The notes under the pieces are model-generated. The model searched no databases and had not been told where the DNA came from. It was given only the letters and a program-made list of their open reading frames with translations. Both the position numbers and the translations under genes were made by a program. From Simkaniaceae bacterium (GTDB lineage: Bacteria; Chlamydiota; Chlamydiia; Chlamydiales; JAJFMI01), in contig JBBDIZ010000009.1 in assembly GCA_040880145.1 (NCBI GenBank), positions 1 to 43,181 of the forward strand: a stretch of 43,181 bases of DNA, given 5' to 3'. Of this stretch, positions 9,247 through 17,700 are shown piece after piece; position 1 is the first letter of the stretch, and every line of letters begins with the position of its first letter.

Positions 9247-9370
9247 GACCGAAGCGATGGAAGACTTTTTCATTTTGGATAATGGAAGAGCTCAAAAGAA
9301 CAAAAAAAATATTTGAGTTTCTACAGTCTTCTCGGATAAAGCTAGCCGATTGAACTGCAGGGCATAGGTC

Positions 9371-9472
9371 GACGAAGCCTTGCCCTAAGAGTGGGCAAGG
9401 TGAGAAGAAGGATTAATTTAGCAAAGTCGCAGCAAGTATCCATTTTTATCATTTAAGATTTAATCGACTATA
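9371..9472. repeat. Partial palindromic/MITE-like element ending in GATTTAATCGACTATA
   Basis: Central hairpin ccttgccc-N7-gggcaagg (9378-9400). The terminal 16-mer recurs exactly at 17525-17540 and partly, inverted, at 43000-43010. Confidence 0.5.
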
Positions 9473-9544
9473 TATACCGAAACGACTTCAAGAATCGGTT
9501 TTGGCCAAGGCGCGAAAACCCAATCTTGAAGTCGTTTCGGTATA
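9473..9544. repeat. 72-bp palindromic element with perfect 21-bp arms
   Basis: tataccgaaacgacttcaaga ... tcttgaagtcgtttcggtata; related copies at 10729-10795 and 42972-43001. Confidence 0.9.
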
Positions 9545-9575
9545 AAGAATGCCTTGATGTTTAATAAACCAACTC

Positions 9576-10505
9576 TTAAGTCTCCTGTCTAATTAAAGAA
9601 GGAAGTTTATACTCATTGATTTTTTGCTTCCAATAAGAAAAATAAATTTTTTCCAGGTTATATTTCTTAGAAAGAATCTCTTTTTTCTTTCTCTCTAAAA
9701 ATTCCTGAGAAATTTCGCTCCAATCATCTACAAATAAAATTGGCAAATCTTTTAATAAGCAATCCAAGGGCGAATGCTTAACAATTGGAATGGTGCCTAG
9801 ATAAAGAGCCTCCCAGATGCGATGACAATCCATCGACCTTCCCCTCGGGCTAATCACAAAATCAGACTTAAGTGTGTCGAGTAAGTACTGTTCATAATTG
9901 ACTCGCTTTTTTCGTTGAAATAAAAAGGGAAGTGACATTTTCTCTATCTGCTTAAAGGTTTTTTTACGGCTTGGATGCGTATTCAAAGAATAATTCTGAT
10001 AAAGAAGGTGCTTTTTTCCTATGGATGGACCTCTTTCAATACACTTTTTCAGGACCTCTATTTTCCCATGAGCTCGCCAGCGTCCATTTTTTGCCCTTTG
10101 ACTTGTAAGCCCTAATGGAATACAGAATAATTTCGGATGAGCAACATCAAAAGCATTTTTTCCAAACCAAGCTAAAAGATGGGGGTCATCCAAATAAGAG
10201 GCAAATTTCCCCGGTACACTTCTGACATGTTCGTGAGTGATTAAAACATACCCTTCTCTAATGAACGGGTGTTTTTTTTCAAAAAAATCAGAAAGAAATG
10301 CTGCATTCACAAAAATAATATCACCATATTGAACATCAAGGGGATCAAAATCACTACACTGATCTAAAGAAAAATCGGAATGTTTTTTAAATGTATCTCC
10401 TGAAATAAAAGGTTCACTGGATGGAAAATCTATATGTGACCATAAAGAAAAAGTGGCCACCAAACACATTGATAATAACAATCTAATTTTCAAAAAACAC
10501 CTCAT
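9576..10505 (-). CDS. Exostosin-like (GT47-type) glycosyltransferase, signal peptide
   Basis: The C-terminal motif SDFVISPRGRSMDCHRIWEALYLGTIPIV...LPILFVDDW is typical of exostosin-family domains; N-terminal ISGDTF. Confidence 0.75.
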   Translation of the reverse strand: MRCFLKIRLLLSMCLVATFSLWSHIDFPSSEPFISGDTFKKHSDFSLDQCSDFDPLDVQYGDIIFVNAAFLSDFFEKKHPFIREGYVLITHEHVRSVPGKFASYLDDPHLLAWFGKNAFDVAHPKLFCIPLGLTSQRAKNGRWRAHGKIEVLKKCIERGPSIGKKHLLYQNYSLNTHPSRKKTFKQIEKMSLPFLFQRKKRVNYEQYLLDTLKSDFVISPRGRSMDCHRIWEALYLGTIPIVKHSPLDCLLKDLPILFVDDWSEISQEFLERKKKEILSKKYNLEKIYFSYWKQKINEYKLPSLIRQET

Positions 10506-10589
10506 TTAACATACGTAATATTTCACACAATAACAAATTTTAAAGAATTATTCCAAGAAAAATTTTATGACAAAAATCTTTATGACTGC

Positions 10590-10729
10590 CCGTGAGAAAC
10601 CCCACCTCTGTAGAGGTAGGATCAAGACGGTTATCACAATGCAAATGTCAAACACCCACGACTAAAGTCGAGGGCTTGTAGCTAGCCAAAGAAACCGCTA
10701 CCATCGGCACATTGACTGGTGCCGTTGAC
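10590..10729 (+). mobile_element. Two IS200/IS605-like end hairpins (non-autonomous remnants)
   Basis: ccgtgagaaaccccacctctgtagaggtaggatcaagacgg (10590-10630) and gtcaaacacccacgactaaagtcgagggcttg...ggcacattgactggtgccgttgac (10647-10729) are imperfect GC-rich hairpins of the IS200/IS605 end type. Confidence 0.5.
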
Positions 10730-10795
10730 GAGACAACTTCAAGAATTGGGTCTTCGGCGGCGCCCAAAATCGATTCTTGAAGTTGTTTCGGCATA
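10729..10795. repeat. Second copy of the palindromic element (opposite orientation)
   Basis: cgagacaacttcaagaattggg...cgattcttgaagttgtttcggcata aligns to the reverse complement of 9473-9544. Confidence 0.85.
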
Positions 10796-10888
10796 CACTC
10801 AAAACGCGTTCACAAATTTGTTTCTTGAATGATCTGCTAAATGCAGAAATTCAGGCACTTGCGAGAGCGAAATGCGCCGCATTTTTCT

Positions 10889-10922
10889 ATAAAACAACAT
10901 TGTGCTAAAATCAGCCATTTTC
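10889..10922 (+). promoter_or_regulatory. Conserved upstream motif of sulfotransferase cassette, copy 3
   Basis: ataaaacaacattgtgctaaaatcagccatttt. Confidence 0.5.
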
Positions 10923-10935
10923 TAGGATTAGGATC

Positions 10936-11670
10936 ATGAAAATTTTATTCATGGCTTTACTCCATCCCCTCCTAGCCTTGGCCTGTATAGATTATCCTTA
11001 TCGTGAAGGAAGCAGCCCTCTATTTAAACTCCCTGAAAATCAAAGAATCCTTCTCTTAACTCCTCCTCGAACCGGAAGTACCTTAATTTATAATGTTTTG
11101 ACCTATCTATTCGAAGATATCAATTTCTCTCATCTCTCTAGAAATTTTGATCAAAAAATAGTCGTAAAATCGCATAGAGAAAGAGTCGCACTAGAAAATT
11201 ATGACTGTTTTTTTATTTCAACAAAGCGATCTCCCCTTGATATGTTTCACTCAATCTCTCGTGCGAGCTGTACCCCTATTAACAAACAAAATATTAAGAA
11301 GTTAGAGCGCATTTCAAACGCAAAACCTATTTACGACTACCTTTCAAAAAAACCCCATTACAAAGTCCTATTTTTAACCTACGAAAAGTTTGTCGATGAT
11401 ATAGACTATCTTTTCGATAAGTTGGAATATTTTTTCTCTATTGAAATTTCACATGAAATGAGAAAAAAAATCAAACAAATGTTTTCAAAAGAAGAGATGT
11501 TAAAGATCCAAAACCGATACGAGAATTTTTCTCAATACGATCTTGTCACGGGTATTCATGGGGATCACATCGATAAAAATCATGACGGCAAAACTTCCTC
11601 TTCATTAACAAATTTTCAGATTAAGCGGCAATTTTTCAACATTTATAAAATATGGGGCTATTCAAATTGA
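10936..11670 (+). CDS. Sulfotransferase-domain protein, copy 3, signal peptide
   Basis: Same motifs as copies 1 and 2. The 5' two-thirds resemble copy 2 and the 3' third resembles copy 1. Confidence 0.75.
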   Translation: MKILFMALLHPLLALACIDYPYREGSSPLFKLPENQRILLLTPPRTGSTLIYNVLTYLFEDINFSHLSRNFDQKIVVKSHRERVALENYDCFFISTKRSPLDMFHSISRASCTPINKQNIKKLERISNAKPIYDYLSKKPHYKVLFLTYEKFVDDIDYLFDKLEYFFSIEISHEMRKKIKQMFSKEEMLKIQNRYENFSQYDLVTGIHGDHIDKNHDGKTSSSLTNFQIKRQFFNIYKIWGYSN

Positions 11671-11743
11671 ATCAGAAATTTTTAACATTTTTTATAGCTT
11701 TAATCTTTCAACTTTCTCTTCTTGCTAGCGATCAACCTTCCTT
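11667..11743 (+). pseudogene. 25-codon stub of the putative glycosyltransferase
   Basis: LNQKFLTFFIALIFQLSLLASDQPS matches MNQKFIAFFIAFIFQFSLFAIDQPS of 7249..8313; the remainder is deleted. Confidence 0.85.
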
Positions 11744-11806
11744 TAGGAAATCGATTCTAAGGGGCGACGTTTTCCTATTTTAATTTATACCAAAAATGAG
11801 GTTACA

Positions 11807-12135
11807 ATGCGATTAACAAAAATTATCCCCCCCTATTGATGTTGTTCTTTTCGATAGCTGCTGGGATGGAGCCTAAAGAACGAAATGGATATGGTGGGAA
11901 CTGCAATTCTAAATTCAATGGAGAAGAATTATTTATTAAAGACTATATAAATAATTCTTATGTTGTTTTTGATGTGGGTGCAAATATTGGTTCTTGGAGT
12001 GCAACTGTAAAAAAATATGCTAAAGGTGCCAATATTTTTGCTTTCGAACCCTACCTATAAAAAATATAGAAACATCCAGCTTTTTAAGCTCGCTCTTAGC
12101 AGAGAAGAGGGCAAAGGGATTTTGTTTGCTTGGGA
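11807..12135 (+). pseudogene. FkbM methyltransferase pseudogene
   Basis: MRLTKII start, frameshift in a C7 run (11827-11833), intact FDVGANIG..FAFEP, then a deletion/frameshift near 12055, NIQLFKLALSREEGKGILFAW and truncation. Confidence 0.9.
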
Positions 12136-12144
12136 AAAAAACAG

Positions 12145-12217
12145 TGAATCATCTAAAAAAGAAGCCCTCCCCAGGTACAGATCCATCCCAGCTGTGTGTA
12201 ATTAGAACATATCCCCC
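12145..12217 (-). pseudogene. Short relic of an exostosin-like GT paralog
   Basis: The minus strand reads GGYVLITHSWDGSVPGE(fs)ASFLDDS, versus EGYVLITHEHVRSVPGKFASYLDDP in 9576..10505. Confidence 0.75.
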
Positions 12218-12322
12218 AAGATTTTTTCATCTTAAACAGGCCTATCATTTTTTTTAAGATTTTGATAGGATACAGCAGATTTTGCTTTTCAATAATGAAT
12301 TGCAACGCAATATGGAGGCTTT

Positions 12323-13372
12323 ATGTATTATTTTACGAGAATTTTTTTTACCTATTTATCTTTTTTTTCGTTTTATCTCTATTCAAACGATCACGCTCCC
12401 ATTGTATTTATACATATCGGAAACAAAATTCCTGCTCATGCAAAGTATCCAATTATACAAGCACAAAAATTTAATCCTGAATCTGAAATCTATTTCCTTA
12501 CAAGTGCGGATGCACTCAAAGATACTAGCCGTGATTTTAAAAGAATATTTTCTCAATCTCATGTTCACCATATTGATATTGACTCTCTTGACAAAGCTCC
12601 AATTCACGTTGAATTTGATAAAGTAAACAGATTCAATAATTTTCGAAATGGTTTTTGGAGTCATACAACGGAAAGGTTTTTTTATCTTTATGAATTTATC
12701 AAAGAAAAAAATCTTGAAAATGTCATCCATTTAGAAAATGATGTAATGCTCTACCTGAATATGGATGAAATTCTTCCCATTTTTAAGAAAATATCTACTC
12801 GCATTGGAATTCCAATGCTTGCAAAAAATAATGCCATCCCAGGTTTTGTCTACATTAAAGATGATGAAGCATTATCAAATTTACTCGATGATATTGTCAT
12901 AAGCCTTAAAAAATTTGCCCCAAGAAAAAGGGTCTCTTCATGTAAGATGAGTGAAATGTTTACAATTGCTTATTATCACCAAAAATATGGAGAGAGCGGG
13001 CTCACACCACTTCCTATATTAATGCCTGAGTATGCACTCCATAACAAAAGACGGGTTATACCCCTTCATCGCTTTAACCATAAAGATACAACGCTTGATT
13101 TTTTAACCCAGCACTGGAATGATTTTGATGGCTATATATTTGATGCAGCTGCCCTTGGAATTTATTTCGACGGGCACGACCCCAGAGGTAACGCGGAGCA
13201 AGGCCCAGGCGCTATCCATTGGAAAAGCCTCTTTGATCCATCAATCTTTGAGTATGAATGGCTAATTAATGAAGACGGGCTTCGATACCCCATCCTCAAA
13301 TATTTAGATAAAACTTACCGTATTATCAATTTACACATTCACTCAAAAGGAACTCATAAATTTGTCTCTTAA
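12323..13372 (+). CDS. Putative glycosyltransferase, diverged intact paralog of 7249..8313, signal peptide
   Basis: Shares FRNGFWSHTTERFFY, HLENDVMLY, LPILMPEY, FDAxALGxYFDG and YRIINLHxHSK. Confidence 0.6.
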   Translation: MYYFTRIFFTYLSFFSFYLYSNDHAPIVFIHIGNKIPAHAKYPIIQAQKFNPESEIYFLTSADALKDTSRDFKRIFSQSHVHHIDIDSLDKAPIHVEFDKVNRFNNFRNGFWSHTTERFFYLYEFIKEKNLENVIHLENDVMLYLNMDEILPIFKKISTRIGIPMLAKNNAIPGFVYIKDDEALSNLLDDIVISLKKFAPRKRVSSCKMSEMFTIAYYHQKYGESGLTPLPILMPEYALHNKRRVIPLHRFNHKDTTLDFLTQHWNDFDGYIFDAAALGIYFDGHDPRGNAEQGPGAIHWKSLFDPSIFEYEWLINEDGLRYPILKYLDKTYRIINLHIHSKGTHKFVS

Positions 13373-15473
13373 CGAAATCCAGGAAAAGGCCGCAGCTCAC
13401 TTAGAAGGCCCCATGCTTGTACTAGCAGGGGCCGGTTCGGGTAAGACTCGAATTGTGACCTATCGAATTGCACACCTACTCAAAATCGGTGTCCCGGCTT
13501 CTGAGATTCTTGCTGTAACTTTTACCAATAAAGCCGCGTTAGAGATGCGTGAGAGAGCCTGCTCTCTCACAGGATCCCAGGTATTAACGATTACCTTCCA
13601 TTCACTCGGCGTTCGTATCTTACGCGAATCGATTGAATTTTTAGGTTATAAAAAAGATTTTCATATTTATGATGCTGATGATAGCCTGGAACTCACTAAA
13701 CAAATTCTAAAAATTCTTGAAATAAAAAATGAAAAAGGACTTGCTAAGGAGCTGAAAAATGCCATTTCGTCAGCAAAAAATGATCTAATCCCGCCTAGTA
13801 AAGCAGGAGAGTCTCTTCTAAAATTTCAGACAAATGACTTCTTTATCGATGCTTATCTTCTCTATCAGCAAAAACTCAAAGAATACAATGCTGTCGACTT
13901 CGATGATCTTCTCTTTCTTCCGGTTAAGCTTTTTAAAAAGCACGAAGAGGTGTTGAAGCGGTATCAAAAAAAATGGCAATTTCTCTTAATCGATGAGTAC
14001 CAAGATACCAATCAAGCGCAATACACCTTAGCGAAGCTGCTGACAGATGCCCATAAAAATATCTTTGTCGTCGGTGATCCCGATCAATCGATCTACTCTT
14101 GGAGGGGCGCCAATATTGAAAATATCCTCAATTTTGAACGTGATTTTGAGGGAGCTAAAGTCATCACTCTCGATCAAAATTATCGCAGCACCAATAACAT
14201 CTTAAAAGCTGCCAACGACCTCATTGCTCATAATCCACGCCAATATGAAAAAAATCTTTGGAGTGCAAACGATGAAGGCGCCTTAATCGGCCATTTTATT
14301 GCTAATAGCGACCGGGAAGAGGCTGACTTTGTTTTAGATAAGCTTGAGGAGCATTTTCAAAAAGATGGCATTTCTTTTTCTGACTCGGTCATTTTCTACC
14401 GCACGAATTTTCAGTCACGGCTTTTTGAAGATGCGCTTTTAAGACGCAATATTCCCTATACAATTGTTGGAGGCATTAGCTTCTATCAAAGACGGGAAAT
14501 CAAGGATTTACTTGCATTTTTGCGCATGATCGTCTCAGATAGCGACTTCATCTCTTTCGCTCGAACCCTCAATCTTCCTAAAAGAGGAATCGGGCCTGCT
14601 ACCTTAAATAAGCTTCGCTTCGCCTCAGAAACCCAAGGGATTCCCATTTTAGCCTTCTGCCGCGAGCTCATAAAAGGCTCAAGTGCCCTAAAAATTTCTA
14701 AAAAGCAATCCGATGCCTTAAAAGGTTATGTCGATATGATCGAATCTCTAAGAGAGCTTGCAAAAGAGGGCGCCTATTTAAACACGCTTATAAGCGAAAC
14801 CATTTCGCGTTCGAACTACCTGCAGGTTTTAAAGAGCGATCCTGAGACCTTTGATGACCGCGAGGGCAACCTAAAAGAGCTCATCTCAAAATCTGTTGAA
14901 TGGGAAACGGAGAATCATGCCTTAAATCTTCTTCCCTCTTTTTTAGAAGAGCTTTCGCTTAGAACCACTAGCGATGAAATCTATGATCACACACAAGTTG
15001 TCAAACTCATGACCCTTCATAACAGCAAGGGTTTGGAGTTTTCACTCGCATTCATGGTTGGCATGGAAGAAGATCTCTTTCCCCATGTCAATGCAAAAGA
15101 GACTCCCGAGGGGATTGAGGAAGAAAGGCGCCTTTGCTACGTCGGCATGACAAGAGCTAAAAAATTTCTCTATCTAACCGCTTCAGACTACCGATTTTTA
15201 TGGGGGAGCTCGCGCTATATGCTGCCCTCTCGATTTCTATCTGAAATCCCGCGCAAATATCTAAACCTTTATCATGAAGAGGATGAAAGAGAGGAAACAG
15301 AAGAATCCCACTTCCATCCTATGGATTCTGTTGTGCATAAAGATTTCGGCAAGGGAGTTGTAAAGAAATGCTATCAGACTTCTCTTGGACTCACTTATGA
15401 TGTCTTTTTTTCTGAATCGGACCTTTTAAGAACCCTCGTTGCAAAATACGCCAAACTCACTCCAGGCCGCTAG
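13362..15473 (+). CDS. uvrD: ATP-dependent DNA helicase UvrD/PcrA
   Basis: Motifs AGAGSGKT, TFTNKAA, DEYQDTN, VGDPDQSIYSWRGA, QNYRS, TLHNSKGLEF and EEERRLCYVGMTRA. Confidence 0.96.
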   Translation: MSLNEIQEKAAAHLEGPMLVLAGAGSGKTRIVTYRIAHLLKIGVPASEILAVTFTNKAALEMRERACSLTGSQVLTITFHSLGVRILRESIEFLGYKKDFHIYDADDSLELTKQILKILEIKNEKGLAKELKNAISSAKNDLIPPSKAGESLLKFQTNDFFIDAYLLYQQKLKEYNAVDFDDLLFLPVKLFKKHEEVLKRYQKKWQFLLIDEYQDTNQAQYTLAKLLTDAHKNIFVVGDPDQSIYSWRGANIENILNFERDFEGAKVITLDQNYRSTNNILKAANDLIAHNPRQYEKNLWSANDEGALIGHFIANSDREEADFVLDKLEEHFQKDGISFSDSVIFYRTNFQSRLFEDALLRRNIPYTIVGGISFYQRREIKDLLAFLRMIVSDSDFISFARTLNLPKRGIGPATLNKLRFASETQGIPILAFCRELIKGSSALKISKKQSDALKGYVDMIESLRELAKEGAYLNTLISETISRSNYLQVLKSDPETFDDREGNLKELISKSVEWETENHALNLLPSFLEELSLRTTSDEIYDHTQVVKLMTLHNSKGLEFSLAFMVGMEEDLFPHVNAKETPEGIEEERRLCYVGMTRAKKFLYLTASDYRFLWGSSRYMLPSRFLSEIPRKYLNLYHEEDEREETEESHFHPMDSVVHKDFGKGVVKKCYQTSLGLTYDVFFSESDLLRTLVAKYAKLTPGR

Positions 15474-15497
15474 AGATACACCGGCTTCACATAATGA

Positions 15498-15526
15498 TTG
15501 CACATTGCCCCCTCTATTCGTATAGA
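15498..15526 (+). promoter_or_regulatory. Possible primary-sigma promoter for rpoN
   Basis: TTGCAC-N17-TATAGA just upstream of ATG 15534. Confidence 0.3.
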
Positions 15527-15533
15527 GAAGAGT

Positions 15534-16715
15534 ATGGCTAAACCCAAACTTAACTTAAAATTACGCGGTGAAACAAAGCTCGCGATGACGCATCTTATGA
15601 GTCAGGCCTTGAAGATTTTACAAATGCCTCTTCTTGAGCTAGAAGCTTTTATCGAGCAGGAAATTCTTGATAATCCCCATCTCACTAGAGACTATCCTCA
15701 ATTACCACCAAATGTTTTCATTGAAAATCTAGAATCTCCTGCCCCCTCTCTTTATTCTCATCTCCTTCATCAAGCAGAAAGACGTTTTTCAAAAAATGAT
15801 TTAGAAAAGGCCAAAGAGATTATCGGGAATTTGAATGAAAAGGGATTTTATTTAGAAAATAACGGAGATCCCTCTATCTTGAAGATCATCCAACATTTTG
15901 ATCCCGTAGGAGTTGCCGCTTCCTGTGTTCAAAACTCTTTACTCATTCAACTTGAAGAGAGAATGCAAAAAGACCATCTTGCCTACCGGGTCATCGAAAA
16001 TCATTATGATCTTTTTCTTCATCAACGGCTAAAAGAGCTTCAAAAAAAACTCTTCTGCAACGAAAAAACACTCAGGGAGTCTCTAGCACTGATCCGGACT
16101 TTAACCCCCTCCCCGGCTTCCCATTTTTCTACAGCCCCCTCCCCTCAAAAAAAATGCGATATTTCAATAGATGAAGAGGGAAATATTCAACTCCTTTTAA
16201 CCCTTGTCCCAAAAATCGAAAAGAGCCCTCTATACAAAGGTCATTTTGAAAGAGCAAAATGGCTAGTCCGATCCCTTGAAAAACGAAGAGAACTTCTAAC
16301 AAAAATAGGAGAAGAAATCTACAAAGCAAATCGATCTTTTTTTATTAGTATGACAAAAAAAATAACGCCTCTTAAGGCGAAAGAACTCGCTGATAGGCTT
16401 TCTGTCCATGAAAGCACCCTTTCTAGAGCAATTAAGGACAAACTCATCGATACCCCAGCGGGGGTCTTTCCTATAAGGCTTTTTTTTAATCACCACGTCA
16501 TGACTAGGCAATTGATAAGGGATTGGGTTGCAAATGAGGAAAATCCTCTTACTGATGAGGCGTTGAGAAAAAAACTTGAAAAAGAAGGAATCGTGCTTTC
16601 TCGGCGGATGGTAACAAAACTTCGAAAAAGTCTCTCTATTCCTTCTTCGTCTCAACGACGTTGTGGACGTAGAGAACTTCGGGAATATAGTGAATATGGC
16701 AACGAGAAATTTTGA
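15534..16715 (+). CDS. rpoN: RNA polymerase sigma-54 factor (short, divergent)
   Basis: Region I QALKILQMPLLEL..NPHL, IIGNLNEKGFY, FDPVGVAA, HTH HESTLSRAI and an RpoN-box-like SRRMVTKLRKSLSIPSSSQRR. Likely start is ATG 15534. Confidence 0.9.
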   Translation: MAKPKLNLKLRGETKLAMTHLMSQALKILQMPLLELEAFIEQEILDNPHLTRDYPQLPPNVFIENLESPAPSLYSHLLHQAERRFSKNDLEKAKEIIGNLNEKGFYLENNGDPSILKIIQHFDPVGVAASCVQNSLLIQLEERMQKDHLAYRVIENHYDLFLHQRLKELQKKLFCNEKTLRESLALIRTLTPSPASHFSTAPSPQKKCDISIDEEGNIQLLLTLVPKIEKSPLYKGHFERAKWLVRSLEKRRELLTKIGEEIYKANRSFFISMTKKITPLKAKELADRLSVHESTLSRAIKDKLIDTPAGVFPIRLFFNHHVMTRQLIRDWVANEENPLTDEALRKKLEKEGIVLSRRMVTKLRKSLSIPSSSQRRCGRRELREYSEYGNEKF

Positions 16716-17457
16716 CCATTGGAAGCATGAAATTCCATAAATTCTCTCCATTGACCTCGCTTCTATCTGAAAGCTCTTCAAAATTCAATTCCTTAAAAAG
16801 CTTGGCATAGTAAGTCTTAAAAGAAGAGGTCATCCAAGGAATTTTTTCGAAACGCTTATCGGTGTAAAGTCGCCGATTGAGTGCTTTCTCTGAACCTTTT
16901 TTATAGCTTGGATACTCCAAATACTGACCATAAGTGAGCCAAACGCCTTTCTGCTCATACGCTTCATTGAGCTTTTCTAGAACTTTGTCATGAGCAAACC
17001 AATCATTGCCATCAAAATGGACAATGATCTCGTCATCTTTAGACGCATTGACCACTTCAATATAGCGATCAAATAAAGATCGTTTATCCTCAAAAGGTAA
17101 AAGCCTCACAATATGGTGTTTGTCGTGAGCCTCAATATAGGATTTTACGCGCTGATAAAGCTCTTGATCTAATCCATCGTCCATATAAATGACCCGGAAA
17201 TGATCATACTGTTGATTAAAAATGGAATCTAAATTCCGCTCCCAATAGGGCTGATTTTTTGCAGTAGGAACGATAATGACAACAAAATCTTGAAACTCTT
17301 TCTCATTTTCAACGTAAGCCACCCTTACTTCTTTAAACGAGAGATTTTTTTTAGAGGTCATGATTTTATGACCCTCTTTTATTAAAAGTGAAGGAATTGC
17401 TACCAAAATAAAGAGAGTGATGAACCTTTGAAAACGGCTTCTATTACGCCTTGACAT
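16636..17457 (-). CDS. GT2-family glycosyltransferase with N-terminal TM anchor
   Basis: Motifs SIFNQQYDHFRVIYMDD, IIVHFDGNDW, VWLTYGQY and IPEVLYVHN. Confidence 0.8.
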   Translation of the reverse strand: MSRRNRSRFQRFITLFILVAIPSLLIKEGHKIMTSKKNLSFKEVRVAYVENEKEFQDFVVIIVPTAKNQPYWERNLDSIFNQQYDHFRVIYMDDGLDQELYQRVKSYIEAHDKHHIVRLLPFEDKRSLFDRYIEVVNASKDDEIIVHFDGNDWFAHDKVLEKLNEAYEQKGVWLTYGQYLEYPSYKKGSEKALNRRLYTDKRFEKIPWMTSSFKTYYAKLFKELNFEELSDRSEVNGENLWNFMLPMVKISRCHIHYIPEVLYVHNVVETKKE

Positions 17458-17524
17458 GGAAAGTGCCGGTGGTGAATTTCTTATTTCTTTAACTTAAAAT
17501 ATAAATTACCACTTTGTCAACTTC

Positions 17525-17540
17525 GATTTAATCGACTATA
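17525..17540. repeat. Isolated terminus of the GATTTAATCGACTATA element
   Basis: Exact 16-nt match to 9457-9472, in the divergent intergenic region of the GT block. Confidence 0.7.
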
Positions 17541-17700
17541 AGCAGAAGAAATTTCCTTGGACTCAAGAGCTTTCCAGTTGCAAAGAGTAGAAAAAAACCT
17601 AGAGGTTTCCACCTCGTCAAATTGATAAATTGTGATTTTTTCCTTTGAAAAAAAAAGAGTTTTAGTAAAATGCCTCCTTAGAATAGGCCAAGGAGCTGTT

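Larger units (their letters stand above)
8841..11139. repeat. Perfect 157-bp inverted repeat (arms 8841-8997 and 10983-11139) inside sulfotransferase copies 2 and 3
   Basis: A base-by-base comparison from ctgtatagattatcc... to ...tctcatctctct shows no mismatch. Confidence 0.9.

Noticed and set aside
9371..10889. CRISPR array or tRNA/rRNA among the hairpin-rich spacers
   Set aside because: There are no regularly spaced direct repeats, no cas genes and no cloverleaf or rRNA signatures.
5280..11670. Diversity-generating retroelement explanation for the variable sulfotransferase copies
   Set aside because: Differences between copies involve all four bases rather than only adenines, and no reverse transcriptase is present in the window.
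11827..11833. C7 tract as a phase-variation switch for the second FkbM gene
   Set aside because: Adding one C restores only the first part. The gene also has a downstream deletion/frameshift and is truncated near 12135, so it cannot be switched on.
11836..12205. ORFs 11836..12060 and 12017..12205 as independent small genes
   Set aside because: They are consecutive fragments of one FkbM pseudogene.
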